The position numbers and the translations under genes are program-made. Below, piece after piece: positions 8,367-18,378 of a stretch of DNA of 64,000 nt. The notes under the pieces were generated by a model. The model did not search any database, was not told the origin of the DNA, and saw only the letters and a list, made by a program, of their open reading frames with translations. Positions within the stretch are counted from its first letter, which is position 1; each line of letters starts with the position of its first letter. Source of the stretch: Eubacteriales bacterium (lineage in GTDB: Bacteria; Bacillota; Clostridia; Oscillospirales; CAG-272); assembly GCA_045647805.1 (NCBI GenBank), contig JAZRMT010000127.1, positions 2,817 through 66,816 on the forward strand, read 5' to 3'.

Positions 8367-9971
8367 TTATAAGGATATAGCTTCAAATTTGCGGCTCAAG
8401 GGGCCGGCGATTATAAGGCTCAAGGCAACTACCAGAGCAACGCTGAGAACAAGCATAAGAAGCATCCCGACAAGTGGATACACTAAAGCGACCGAAAACA
8501 GAACGGAAATTCCAAAGAGAACCAAGCCGAATAGCATGCACGCCATCATTGTCAGAAAAACTGCCAAGGACTGCTTTACCACCTGGGCTTCGTTTTCATA
8601 ATTGAATTTAGGCATAAGGGCATTGAATACCGTACCGACAAGTGCCATTGCTATGCTTGCGACAAAGGGAACTAATACCAAAAGCAGAGTTGCAACAAAT
8701 CCCGGCTTCAATAAAACGGCAACGCAAACAGATGCCACCAAGTTTGGAATTATCGGCAGTACTGCCGCAGGAACCGTCTTGGCAAACAGCACGGTTTTTG
8801 CGGATACGGGCATTGTCTTCATTATCCAAAGCCTCTTCCCCTCAAGGGAGAGTGCCGAAGCCGAAATAGTGCTTGTCGAAGCAACAATTACAAATGCTGC
8901 ACACATTATTCCCGCAAGTGCCCGGGATAGCTCACTCGATGCGGGAAGTTCAAAAAGAAGCGAACCAACAACGATGATATCATCCCCTTTTATGAGCAGC
9001 ATAATTCCTATCATAAAAGTAAAAACTATGCCGATCGCTCCGTTCAGCATATATGTAGCCGAGGAGAAGAAGAGAGAAAACTCTTTTTTTACCATTGCAA
9101 GGAAGGCTGAGCCTTTTGTAAGATAGGCGCTCTTATATTTCTTCTTTTTTCCACCACCGACAGCAGTAACGATAGTAACGTAGCTCCTTGATATCAGCGT
9201 GTATGCGATCAACGCCACAGCAATGCTTATCACAATGAATAAAGGGGTATAAACGGGGTGGCACATTGATGCTTCACCAATAAACTTAATACCCGAAAGA
9301 TTTTCGCTGAGTCCAACGAAATCTACCTCCTCCCCTGCTTCGAAGAAGGTGGAATATCCCCAGAAATAGAGTATAAGAAGTATCACCGAAATGATAACGG
9401 TGAAAAAGCTGTTATGCTTCATTTTCCTTGAGATCATCGCGACAAGATAGCCTATACCCGAGGCAAGAGCGGTTGCGAGAAGAGGCAAAAACAGAAGCAT
9501 AAGCACCGAGCCGAAAATTCCGCCCGCTCCGCCACCGAATGCGATATACACGATTATGGCGGGAAGAAGCATGAGTGCCGCCTCGAGATAATTATAAACC
9601 AGAACCGTAAAAATACGGCTAAGGACTATATCACGAGGCTTTATCGGCATAGAAAGCAGCAGCTCGTTGTCCTTACATTCAAAAAGCTCGCTTTTGATCT
9701 CGAAAATACTGAAAACAAAGACCACAGCAAAGGCTATAATCGAAAATGCCGCAAAATAGAACCAATCAAGGCCGAGAGCTATCATGATAGGAGCCATATT
9801 ATAGGCAAGAAGCGAAAACAGTCCGCCAAAAACTGCTATGAGGTAAATATAAACAAGGGTTATCAGAAGAATCTTGCCCTTGCTGACCGTTTCCTTGCCG
9901 TTCCTTTTCTTTCCGCTTGTTATACTACCGAAAACCGAGCGGAGGCGAATTCCGAGAAGCGTTTTAATCAT
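8367..9971 (-). CDS. multi-span ABC exporter permease
   Basis: ATG 9971 (MIKTLLGIRL...) overlaps the ATPase stop by 8 nt (ATGATTAA). More than 10 hydrophobic spans. No other family motif recognised. Confidence 0.65.
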   Translation of the reverse strand: MIKTLLGIRLRSVFGSITSGKKRNGKETVSKGKILLITLVYIYLIAVFGGLFSLLAYNMAPIMIALGLDWFYFAAFSIIAFAVVFVFSIFEIKSELFECKDNELLLSMPIKPRDIVLSRIFTVLVYNYLEAALMLLPAIIVYIAFGGGAGGIFGSVLMLLFLPLLATALASGIGYLVAMISRKMKHNSFFTVIISVILLILYFWGYSTFFEAGEEVDFVGLSENLSGIKFIGEASMCHPVYTPLFIVISIAVALIAYTLISRSYVTIVTAVGGGKKKKYKSAYLTKGSAFLAMVKKEFSLFFSSATYMLNGAIGIVFTFMIGIMLLIKGDDIIVVGSLLFELPASSELSRALAGIMCAAFVIVASTSTISASALSLEGKRLWIMKTMPVSAKTVLFAKTVPAAVLPIIPNLVASVCVAVLLKPGFVATLLLVLVPFVASIAMALVGTVFNALMPKFNYENEAQVVKQSLAVFLTMMACMLFGLVLFGISVLFSVALVYPLVGMLLMLVLSVALVVALSLIIAGPLSRKFEAISL

Positions 9972-10683
9972 CCTCGCTCTCTCCTTCCAGCTCAAGGAAG
10001 ACCTCTTCCAAGGAATCGTCGCCCTTGACCTCTTCCATAGATCCGGTAACAACGAGCTTACCCGACTTGATTATGGCAACCTTATCGCAAATCTTCTCCG
10101 CAACGTCGAGAACGTGCGTCGAGAAGAAGATAGAGCCGCCGCCCTCACAATGCTCTCGCATCATTTCTTTAAGAACAAAGGATGCCTTGGGATCGAGTCC
10201 GACAAAGGGTTCGTCCATCATTATAAGCTTGGGAGAATGAAGGAATGCGGCAATTATCGCCAGCTTCTGCTTCATTCCGTGTGAATAGGAGCCTACACGC
10301 TCGGCAAGATCGTCGGTGAGTCCGAGTCTTTGCGACAGATCTGCAATCTTTTTATTCCTGGTTTCGGAATCAACACCGTAAACGTCGGCTACAAAATTCA
10401 AGTACTTGATTCCCGAAAGAAAATCGTAAAGATCGGGGTTGTCGGGAATATAAGCGGTAACACTCTTTACGCCCATAGGATCATCGAGCACCGATTTGCC
10501 GTCTATGGTTATCCTTCCCTCATCAAAAGATAATATACCGATGCAAGCCTTAAGAGTAGTAGTCTTACCTGCTCCGTTATGTCCGATAAAGGCACAAATT
10601 TCGCCTCTTTCTATCTCGAGGGTAAGATTATCAACGGCACACTTTTCACCGTATCTTTTGGTTAGTCCTTCGATCTTAAGCAT
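9964..10683 (-). CDS. ABC transporter ATP-binding protein
   Basis: Walker A GHNGAGKTT, signature YSHGMKQKL, Walker B LIMMDEP. GGAGG lies 7 nt upstream of ATG 10683 (MLKIEGLTKRYG). Confidence 0.9.
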   Translation of the reverse strand: MLKIEGLTKRYGEKCAVDNLTLEIERGEICAFIGHNGAGKTTTLKACIGILSFDEGRITIDGKSVLDDPMGVKSVTAYIPDNPDLYDFLSGIKYLNFVADVYGVDSETRNKKIADLSQRLGLTDDLAERVGSYSHGMKQKLAIIAAFLHSPKLIMMDEPFVGLDPKASFVLKEMMREHCEGGGSIFFSTHVLDVAEKICDKVAIIKSGKLVVTGSMEEVKGDDSLEEVFLELEGESEDD

Positions 10684-10841
10684 ATAGTACCTCCGTAAAA
10701 TATTTTTAATGTAAAAAGTATAACACAGCACTATGCCCATGTCAAGTAATATTATATAAACTTTGATTTTTTTAACGATTTTTTAACAGAGATACAAATC
10801 CCTGCAAAAACTAAAAAAATTACTTTTTACCGTTTTAATAC

Positions 10842-10870
10842 TAGACAACGGTTATTTTTTCGTATATAAT
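10842..10870 (+). promoter_or_regulatory. sigma-A type promoter for the GH116 gene
   Basis: TAGACA (10842-10847), 17-nt spacer, TATAAT (10865-10870). Confidence 0.5.
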
Positions 10871-10897
10871 GGTGTAAAAAACATTTTGGAGACAGAT

Positions 10898-13426
10898 ATG
10901 ATATATAAAGGCAAAGCACTGGAAGAGATATCCTTCCCTATCGGCGGTATTGGCACCGGCTCGATAGGTCTTGCGGGAAATGGAAGACTTATTGACTGGG
11001 AAATATTTAACAGACCTAAAAAGGGCTCGTACAACGGCTTCAGCTTCCTTGCGGTGAGTGCGGAAATTGACGGAAAAAGAATTTCGAGAATACTTCAGGG
11101 CGATCTGACCAAGGATCTTGTCGGTACCTTTAACGGCAGTCCTTGTGCGGGAGGCTCGGGCTACGGCTTCGGTCCTCTTACTCAGACGATGGCAGGCTTC
11201 CCTCATTTCAGAGGATGTGAGTTTGACGGAAGATTTCCTATTGCAAAAATTACATTTACCGACGAGGATTTCCCCGGTAAGGTAATTCTGACCGCCTTTA
11301 ACCCCTTCATTTCGCTTAACGAGGATGATTCCTCTATTCCTGCGGCATACTTCGAGGTTGAATATCTTAATGATACCAAAAAAGATGTGGTCTTTGACAG
11401 CATTTTCGTTCTTACCAATCCCTTTAGCAGCACTGTAAATATGCTTTCGGACAAAGAGGGGGAGCCTATTGTAAATCTTCTCTTCAACGAGTGTGACAAG
11501 AACTCTGCCGAATATGGCGAGCTTTCTCTCAGCTGCCCCGAAGCGAATATTATTCAGCCTTATCTTTTCCGCGGTGGCTGGAAGGACAAAATGGTAATGT
11601 TCTGGAATGAGTTTACAAGCGGAGACTTCCTGTATAGAACCTATGATACGCCTGCTTCCGGCGACGGAGCTCTGTTGGGTAAAAGGATAAAGGTCGGTGT
11701 AGGTGAGTGCGGCAAGGCAAGATTCCTTGTTACCTGGTATTGCCCTAACCGTTACGTCTACTGGCGAGGCGGAGAGGAGATGCGTGAGCGCGGATGGAAA
11801 AATTATTACGCAAAGCTCTGGAGCTCCTCCGAGGACGTTGCACGCTATGCACTTTCCAAATGGGATGAGCATTACAAGAAAACTCTCAGATACAGAGATA
11901 TACTCTTTGATTCTACCCTTGATGAGAACGTTATTGATGCAGTGGCTTCTACCGTTTCGGTACTGAAATCCTCTACTGTTGCAAGGCTTGAGGACGGAGA
12001 GTTCTACGGCTTCGAAGGCGTGGAGCATAATATCGGATCCTGCGAGGGTACTTGTACTCACGTTTATAATTACGCCTATGCAATGTGCTTCCTCTTCCCG
12101 AATCTTGAACGTTCAATAAGAAATATTGAGCTTGATATTATGACTGGTTACGACGGCTCGATGCCCTGGCGACTTTACCTTCCCTTGAGTAAAACAAGGT
12201 ATGAAAAAACTTCCTTCCCTTGCCTTGACGGACAGATGGGCTCGGTAATCAAAACATACCGAGAATGGCTCATCTCGGGTGACAACGAATGGTTAAAATC
12301 CAAGTACGGTACCGTAAAAAGTCAACTTGAGTTTGCATGGAGCGACAAAAACCTTCACGAATGGGACAGAAACAAGGACGGCGTTCTCGAGGGAATGCAG
12401 CACAATACTCTTGATATGCAGCTCTTCGGCCCCTCATCATGGCTTGAATCTCTTTACCTTGGTGCACTCTCTGCGGGAATAAAAATGGCAGAGTTTATGG
12501 GTGACGACGAGGCGGTTGAGACCTACAAGGATCTGCTTGAAAAGGGCAAGAGATACATGAAGGAAAATCTCTTCAACGGTAAGTACTTCTTCCATAAATT
12601 AGACATTACCGACAGATCGATCCCCGAGCATTTTGGTGTTCTCGATAGATATTGGAGCGAGGAGACCGGTGAGATAAAGTACCAGATCGCCGGAGGCTGC
12701 GAGATCGATCAGATGCTTGGTCAGTGGCACGCCAACCTTCTCGGTCTTGGCAAGCTCTTCGACGAAGAGCAACTCAAGATCGCTCTGAAAAATCTTTACA
12801 AATACAACTACAAGACTACAATGCGTGACCACGCCAACCCTTGGAGACTATTCTCTATCAACGACGAGGCGGGTACACTTATGTGCACCTACCCGGAGGG
12901 CTCGGATAAGCCGAAGATCCCCATTACCTACTGCGAAGAGACAATGCACGGCTTTGAGTACGCCTTTGCCGGACTTCTTATCAGCGAGGGGTTCATTGAC
13001 GAGGGACTTAACGTAGTCAAGGCGGTAAGAGAAAAATACAGAGGTCATAACAGAAACCCCTACAACGAGCTGGAGTGCGGATCGAACTATGCCAGAAGCA
13101 TGGCGAGCTTTGCTCTTATGCCTATTTTCTCAGGATTTAAGTTTGATCTTCCGAACGGTATGATCGGATTTGATCCTATTATTAAAAGGGATGATTTCCG
13201 ATGCCTTTGGTCTCTCGGTACCGGCTGGGGACAGGTGAGGATATCCAAGGAATGCACAGAGATCGCTCTTGTGGACGGCAGCCTTACTCTTAAGGAGATA
13301 AAGCTTCCCTACCTTAAGAGCGTAAGCGAGGTTAGCGTTGATGGTAATCCCGTCGGCTTTTGCTTCAAGGACGGTGTTATTATCCTTGAGGGCTGCACGG
13401 CAAAGAAGCTGATTACGGTTAAATAA
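10898..13426 (+). CDS. GH116 (GBA2-type) beta-glucosidase-like glycoside hydrolase
   Basis: N-terminal FPIGGIGTGSIGLAGNGRLIDWEIFNRP is characteristic of GH116/GBA2 N-domains. About 840 aa, no signal peptide. GGAG lies 6 nt before ATG 10898. Confidence 0.75.
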   Translation: MIYKGKALEEISFPIGGIGTGSIGLAGNGRLIDWEIFNRPKKGSYNGFSFLAVSAEIDGKRISRILQGDLTKDLVGTFNGSPCAGGSGYGFGPLTQTMAGFPHFRGCEFDGRFPIAKITFTDEDFPGKVILTAFNPFISLNEDDSSIPAAYFEVEYLNDTKKDVVFDSIFVLTNPFSSTVNMLSDKEGEPIVNLLFNECDKNSAEYGELSLSCPEANIIQPYLFRGGWKDKMVMFWNEFTSGDFLYRTYDTPASGDGALLGKRIKVGVGECGKARFLVTWYCPNRYVYWRGGEEMRERGWKNYYAKLWSSSEDVARYALSKWDEHYKKTLRYRDILFDSTLDENVIDAVASTVSVLKSSTVARLEDGEFYGFEGVEHNIGSCEGTCTHVYNYAYAMCFLFPNLERSIRNIELDIMTGYDGSMPWRLYLPLSKTRYEKTSFPCLDGQMGSVIKTYREWLISGDNEWLKSKYGTVKSQLEFAWSDKNLHEWDRNKDGVLEGMQHNTLDMQLFGPSSWLESLYLGALSAGIKMAEFMGDDEAVETYKDLLEKGKRYMKENLFNGKYFFHKLDITDRSIPEHFGVLDRYWSEETGEIKYQIAGGCEIDQMLGQWHANLLGLGKLFDEEQLKIALKNLYKYNYKTTMRDHANPWRLFSINDEAGTLMCTYPEGSDKPKIPITYCEETMHGFEYAFAGLLISEGFIDEGLNVVKAVREKYRGHNRNPYNELECGSNYARSMASFALMPIFSGFKFDLPNGMIGFDPIIKRDDFRCLWSLGTGWGQVRISKECTEIALVDGSLTLKEIKLPYLKSVSEVSVDGNPVGFCFKDGVIILEGCTAKKLITVK

Positions 13427-13432
13427 AGTTGA

Positions 13433-13469
13433 ACAGAGAACTTCAAAATGAGGAGTTCTCTGTTTTTTT
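13433..13469 (+). terminator. rho-independent terminator after the GH116 gene
   Basis: ACAGAGAAC (13433-13441) pairs with GTTCTCTGT (13455-13463), followed by TTTTTT. Confidence 0.65.
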
Positions 13470-13499
13470 GTTTGAAATATGAATGTTAAAGTTTACATT

Positions 13500-13715
13500 T
13501 TAAGTCCTTTTCGGGGTATGACCGTATTTTTTCTTATAAGACCTTATAAAGAATGAAATGTTGGAAAATCCCGAAAGCTCCGCCGCTTCGCTGACGTTAT
13601 ATTCGCCGCTTCTGAGAAGCCTGCCTGCATATTCCAAGCGAAGGGCGTTGCGGTAGTCTATCGGTGAGACTCCCATATATTCGCGAAATGCCCGTCTGAA
13701 GTTTACCTCGCTCAT
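13500..13715 (-). pseudogene. AraC-family regulator remnant (C-terminal HTH only)
   Basis: The 71 aa hold only the second HTH (EYNVSEAAELSGFSNISFFIRSYKKKYGHTP) plus the tail of the first. No ligand domain is present. The upstream frame runs into the divergent SDR start at 13791. Confidence 0.65.
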
Positions 13716-13790
13716 CTCGCAAAGCTCCGCATAAAAGCCTACCGGTCGATTTAAAACGCAAAAATAAAGATCGAAAGGTAAAGGAATAAT

Positions 13791-14273
13791 ATGAATAGAA
13801 TTTTTGAAAACAAAATTGCAGTCGTTACGGGTACGGGCGGCACTCTTTGCTCGGAAATTGCAATACAGCTGTCTCTTGAGGGGGCAAAGGTCTTCCTTGT
13901 GGGAAGAACTGTTGAAAAGCTTACGAGAGTGGCTGAAAAAATTGCTTCTCTCGGAGGAGTATCCGCAGTCGTATGTCCTTGTGACGTTACGAATAACGAC
14001 GAGGTAGCAAATCTTGCTAAAAGGGTAGCTGTGGCGGGGGGCTGCGACTATCTTATAAACGGAGCCGGCGGAAATGATATAAAAGCTATGCCGACTATAA
14101 CGAAATTCGACGAAAGAGAGCTTACAGGCGAGCTACCCGAGGGACAACGCGGTCTGCTGACCGAATGGATAAACACCGATCCGAGAGGTGAAAAATACCG
14201 TTATCTCGATTGGTCGGAAGAATACGATCTTGCAAGAAACGGCGATCCCAATGATACTCAAACAATGCTTTAA
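13791..14273 (+). pseudogene. truncated SDR-family oxidoreductase (N-terminal half only)
   Basis: It has the Rossmann motif VVTGTGGTLCSEIA and NGAGGN. It lacks the catalytic YxxxK, and after about residue 120 the sequence is unrelated to SDRs. No other frame continues the fold. Confidence 0.6.
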
Positions 14274-14296
14274 TAGCAGGTTTTGCAATCTTTTGT

Positions 14297-15112
14297 TTAC
14301 ATTTGCTTGGAATTTAGCAGTTCGAGATTCCTTTCAACGGTTTTTCTTCCTCTCCAAGCGAAGGCTCGTTGCTTAAAGGTCTGCTTGTCCATTGAGTCAA
14401 GAAGCTCTCTAGTCAGGTGAGTTATATTATCCCTGTGGAAAAACTCTATAGGAGTTACAGTCGGATTTTGGTTATAAGGGCAGGATGACTGGCAAAGGTC
14501 GCATCCCCAGACGGTATTATGCTCACGCATAAGGGAAATTTCACTATCGGATAGCTCACCCTTTTTCTGCGTTATGGCAGAGAGACATTCATAGCTTTTT
14601 CCGCTGAGAACACCTGTGGGACACGCACTTACGCAGCTACCGCAATCGGGGCAGTATTTATACTCCGAGGGGGTAATGGCACCGAGCTTCTCGGGAGAGA
14701 TATCAGTGACGAGGTCTCCGATAAAGACATAGGAGCCATACTTTTCGTTTAGTATAAGTCCGTTTCTGCCCAAAGCACCAAGCCCCGCCTTAAGGGCGGC
14801 ATCCCTCTCGTCTATGGGACTGTGATCTCCGTAGCCCTTTGAATGGCTGCCGGAAAATTGTTCAGAAAGAAGGAGTATCAGCCCATCATTTACGTTTCTT
14901 ATCGCCATATGGTAGTCAAGAGATGCGGCATATCTTGATATATTGACCGTCTGTGTCGTGTAATAGGGCAAGAGATAAACTATAACGCTCCTCGGGGTAA
15001 AATCCTCCCTTTGCATAATTTCGGGAGTACTTTCTCTGACGTGGGAGTAATCCAAGACGGAAAAATATTCTATATTTTGTTTTTCAAAAAAGCTTTTCAG
15101 TAATTCGTTCAT
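14297..15112 (-). CDS. queG: epoxyqueuosine reductase QueG-like
   Basis: Two 4Fe-4S motifs (CPDCGSCVSACPTG and CDLCQSSCPYN) and the core ERDAALKAGLGALGRNGLILN. GGAGG precedes ATG 15112 (MNELLKSFF). Confidence 0.75.
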   Translation of the reverse strand: MNELLKSFFEKQNIEYFSVLDYSHVRESTPEIMQREDFTPRSVIVYLLPYYTTQTVNISRYAASLDYHMAIRNVNDGLILLLSEQFSGSHSKGYGDHSPIDERDAALKAGLGALGRNGLILNEKYGSYVFIGDLVTDISPEKLGAITPSEYKYCPDCGSCVSACPTGVLSGKSYECLSAITQKKGELSDSEISLMREHNTVWGCDLCQSSCPYNQNPTVTPIEFFHRDNITHLTRELLDSMDKQTFKQRAFAWRGRKTVERNLELLNSKQM

Positions 15113-15260
15113 ATTAACCCTGCCTCCGCTAATATTATACAATATTATTTTATAAAATACAATATATTTCTTGACTTTATCCCCACTCGGTGCTATAATT
15201 AGTTTAGCAAAGCCACCTGCTTTGCATATTACCTGCACATCTGTGCGGGAAGGAGAAATT

Positions 15261-16040
15261 ATGTATAACCTTAACTTTGGTCTGCTTCACTACCTCACAA
15301 ATAACGTATTTACCGAGGAATGGCAGTACTACCTCTGTTACATTGCTTTTATAATTATTGGCATTGCTGCCGCATATCTTCTTGGAAGCATTAATACGGC
15401 CATCATTGTTTCTAAGATATTTTATAACGACGATATCAGAAAATACGGAAGCGGAAACGCAGGAATGACAAATATGCTGAGGACCTTCGGTAAAAAGGCG
15501 GCAGGTATGACTCTGCTTGGAGATATGCTCAAGACAGCTATTGCTATTTTCATAATGGGCATCCTGCTTGGCTTTGGTTATTATAAGGGCATGAGCCTTA
15601 ATGACGGTTACTGTTATATTGCGGGACTGTTCGCAGTTGTCGGCCACGTTTTCCCTATCTATTATGGATTTAAGGGCGGAAAGGGTGTTCTTGTAACTGC
15701 TACCATGGCTCTTATTCTCACTCCCATTCCCTTCCTCATTCTTCTGGCGCTTTTCGTTCTTGTGGTTTATCTTTCCAGGTACGTTTCCCTTGGCTCCGTA
15801 GTTGCAGCCGTTCTTTATCCCGTAATCACAAACGGATACATTAAGATATTCCTGAGCGGAAAAACGCCGGGATTGATCGCGCTTTGTACGATACTGCTCG
15901 CAATATTCATAGTTTGGTGCCACAGAGAAAATCTCGCAAGAATATCCAACAGAACAGAAAGAAAGATCTCGTTTACGAAGAAGGACAAGGAGCTTAAGGA
16001 TGCACAGACCGCTACCGAAGATAGCTCCGATGCAGAATAA
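15261..16040 (+). CDS. plsY: glycerol-3-phosphate acyltransferase PlsY
   Basis: GSGNAGMTN and HVFPIYYGFKGGKGV. GGAGA precedes ATG 15261. A charged C-terminal extension is present. Confidence 0.9.
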   Translation: MYNLNFGLLHYLTNNVFTEEWQYYLCYIAFIIIGIAAAYLLGSINTAIIVSKIFYNDDIRKYGSGNAGMTNMLRTFGKKAAGMTLLGDMLKTAIAIFIMGILLGFGYYKGMSLNDGYCYIAGLFAVVGHVFPIYYGFKGGKGVLVTATMALILTPIPFLILLALFVLVVYLSRYVSLGSVVAAVLYPVITNGYIKIFLSGKTPGLIALCTILLAIFIVWCHRENLARISNRTERKISFTKKDKELKDAQTATEDSSDAE

Positions 16041-16047
16041 TCTATTA

Positions 16048-17229
16048 ATGAAAAAAACAGAATTTACTGAGCTTGTCATTACCGCCTTTAAAAGAGAGGC
16101 AATCAAAAGGCTGGTTTTCTCCCGTCCCACGTCGGGGGATGCCACTAAGATATCCTGCCGTCTTTGTGCTCATAGAGGAAGACGGCTTTTAGCTATGGAA
16201 TCCAGCCTACCCGGTAATACGGTATCGCAAAAAAACGTTACCGAGGAGCAGCTTGGCAACGAAATAAGTGTTCTTCTTGAAAATTACAGACAGGTAAATC
16301 TTATAACTACGCTCGGTGATGCCGAGTGGAAGACAAACAAAAAGGGGGGCGAGGTGATTCTCGGCGGTGATTCGTTAAAGCGAAAGCTGTCGGGCGAAGT
16401 TCCCGCCTTCGAGCGTGCGATAGAGGCTCTTGACAAAAAGAAGAATTACCTTCTCACCGGGGACGAGGAATTTCTTAAGCGGCTCGGGGTAAGCTCATCC
16501 GACGGTCGTGTCCATGACAAAAAGCAGGGCAAATTCAGGCAGATCAATCGCTTCCTTGAGCATATTGAGGATGTTTACAAAAATCTGCCTGGAGAGGGAG
16601 AGATACGTATTTTTGATCTCTGCTCCGGAAAAAGCTATCTTAGCTTTGCCGTTTATTACTATCTGACCGAGGTAAAGAAAAGGTCGGTGGATATGCTCTG
16701 CGTTGATCTTAAACGAGACGTAATTCTCTGGTGCGAGGGACTTGCAGGAGAGCTCTGTTATTCGGGAATGCGTTTCCGCTTTGAGGATATCAGCAAAATG
16801 GAAGCCTGTGAAACTCCGCATATGGTAATTTCGCTCCACGCCTGCGATATTGCAACCGATATTGTTTTAGATACTGCAATAAGGCTTGGAGCGGGAGTTA
16901 TTCTTTCTACTCCTTGCTGTCACAATTATCTTAATTCAAGAATTTCCTCTCCGAAGCTTTCGTTTATAACCGAGTTTCCTCATCTCAAGGGCAAGCTTTG
17001 CGAGGCGGTGACGGATGCACTAAGGCTTCTCAGACTTAGGAGCGCGGGATATTCGGTATCGGCTCCCGAGCTTACAGATCCGGAAAATACTCCGAAAAAC
17101 ACTCTTATCAGAGCTATTAAAAACGATCGTGTCAAGCCCTCCGAAAAGGAAGCGTTTGCAAAGGAATACGAAAGCTGCTTGGAATTTATACTGGGCAACG
17201 GACGGAACAATTATTTAAAGGATTTTTGA
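16048..17229 (+). CDS. two-domain class I SAM-dependent methyltransferase of unknown target (Methyltransf_32-like)
   Basis: SAM motif I IFDLCSGKSYLS and downstream ISLHACDIATD. About 190 aa of uncharacterised N-terminal domain. Starts 7 nt after plsY and ends 1 nt before tsaE. Confidence 0.6.
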   Translation: MKKTEFTELVITAFKREAIKRLVFSRPTSGDATKISCRLCAHRGRRLLAMESSLPGNTVSQKNVTEEQLGNEISVLLENYRQVNLITTLGDAEWKTNKKGGEVILGGDSLKRKLSGEVPAFERAIEALDKKKNYLLTGDEEFLKRLGVSSSDGRVHDKKQGKFRQINRFLEHIEDVYKNLPGEGEIRIFDLCSGKSYLSFAVYYYLTEVKKRSVDMLCVDLKRDVILWCEGLAGELCYSGMRFRFEDISKMEACETPHMVISLHACDIATDIVLDTAIRLGAGVILSTPCCHNYLNSRISSPKLSFITEFPHLKGKLCEAVTDALRLLRLRSAGYSVSAPELTDPENTPKNTLIRAIKNDRVKPSEKEAFAKEYESCLEFILGNGRNNYLKDF

Positions 17230-17230
17230 T

Positions 17231-17671
17231 ATGACTTTTATCAGCAGCAGTGTAGCCGAGACCGAGGCGATCGGGGCAAGACTTGCAAAGGCACTTGAGA
17301 CGTGCGGAAACAAACGGGCCTTCATCGCAATGCGGGGTGAAATGGGCGTGGGAAAAACCGCTTTTACACGTGGATTTGCCTCTCATTTCGGCATCGGAGC
17401 AGTAAAAAGCCCTACCTACACAATAGTGAATGAATACAGAGGAAGAGCAAGAATCTTCCATTTTGATATGTATAGAATAGAGAGCGAGGACGATCTTTAT
17501 TCTACGGGATACGAGGACTACGTTGCCTCCAACGGCTACACCATAGCCGAGTGGAGCGAAAATGCAGAGGATCTTCTGCCCGAGGATTCAATTTTCGTTA
17601 AAATAGAGAGAACTGACGGCGGTGACGGACGAAGCATCGAAATAAGCTCTCCCATGGAGATCGAGATATGA
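17231..17671 (+). CDS. tsaE: tRNA t6A37 biosynthesis ATPase TsaE
   Basis: P-loop RGEMGVGKTAFTRG, SPTYTIVNEY, HFDMYR. Confidence 0.9.
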   Translation: MTFISSSVAETEAIGARLAKALETCGNKRAFIAMRGEMGVGKTAFTRGFASHFGIGAVKSPTYTIVNEYRGRARIFHFDMYRIESEDDLYSTGYEDYVASNGYTIAEWSENAEDLLPEDSIFVKIERTDGGDGRSIEISSPMEIEI

Positions 17672-18378
17672 TTACACTGGCTTTTGATACGTCGGCAAAG
17701 GTTGCATCGGTTGCGGTGCTCGACGGAAGCAGGACGCTTGCGTCCTACAATATTGATAACGGCCTTACACAAAGCGAGCTAATTCTGCCTATGGCAGAGG
17801 ATATGCTTAAGTCGCTGAAGCTTGGATTTTCAGACGTCGGTCTGCTCGCTACAAGTGTAGGTCCCGGCTCCTTCACCGGTGTCAGGATAGGCGTTTCCTT
17901 GGTAAAGGGCCTTGCATTTGGCAAGGATATTCCCTGCGCCTCCGTTTCCACGATTGAAGCGTTGGCGGAAAATCTCAGAGGACTTGACGGAATTATCCTT
18001 CCCGTAATGGATGCAAGACGGAATCAAGTATATTCGGCAACCTTTATTTCCGAGCAGGGCGAGTTAAAAAGAGTGACCGAGGACAGAGCAATTGCTCTTA
18101 CCGATCTAGCCGAGGAACTGAAAAGCTATGAGGGAAAACGAATTTATCTCGTAGGTGACGGATATTCCGTGGCACATAAGACACTCGGAGCTTTGGGAGT
18201 AAAGCTTGAAAACACGCCCGAGATACTTATTAACGAGCACGCATCCTCGGTAGGACGCATCGGCATAAAAAAATATGAAGCGGGAGAAACGGTAAGCGAT
18301 CTCGAGATATCTCCGGTATATTTAAGGCTTCCGCAGGCAGAAAGAGAAAGACTTGAAAGGTTAGGTAAAACAGAATGA
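17668..18378 (+). CDS. tsaB: tRNA t6A37 biosynthesis protein TsaB
   Basis: ITLAFDTSAKVASVAVLDG and VGPGSFTGVRIG. ATGA overlap with tsaE. Confidence 0.85.
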   Translation: MITLAFDTSAKVASVAVLDGSRTLASYNIDNGLTQSELILPMAEDMLKSLKLGFSDVGLLATSVGPGSFTGVRIGVSLVKGLAFGKDIPCASVSTIEALAENLRGLDGIILPVMDARRNQVYSATFISEQGELKRVTEDRAIALTDLAEELKSYEGKRIYLVGDGYSVAHKTLGALGVKLENTPEILINEHASSVGRIGIKKYEAGETVSDLEISPVYLRLPQAERERLERLGKTE

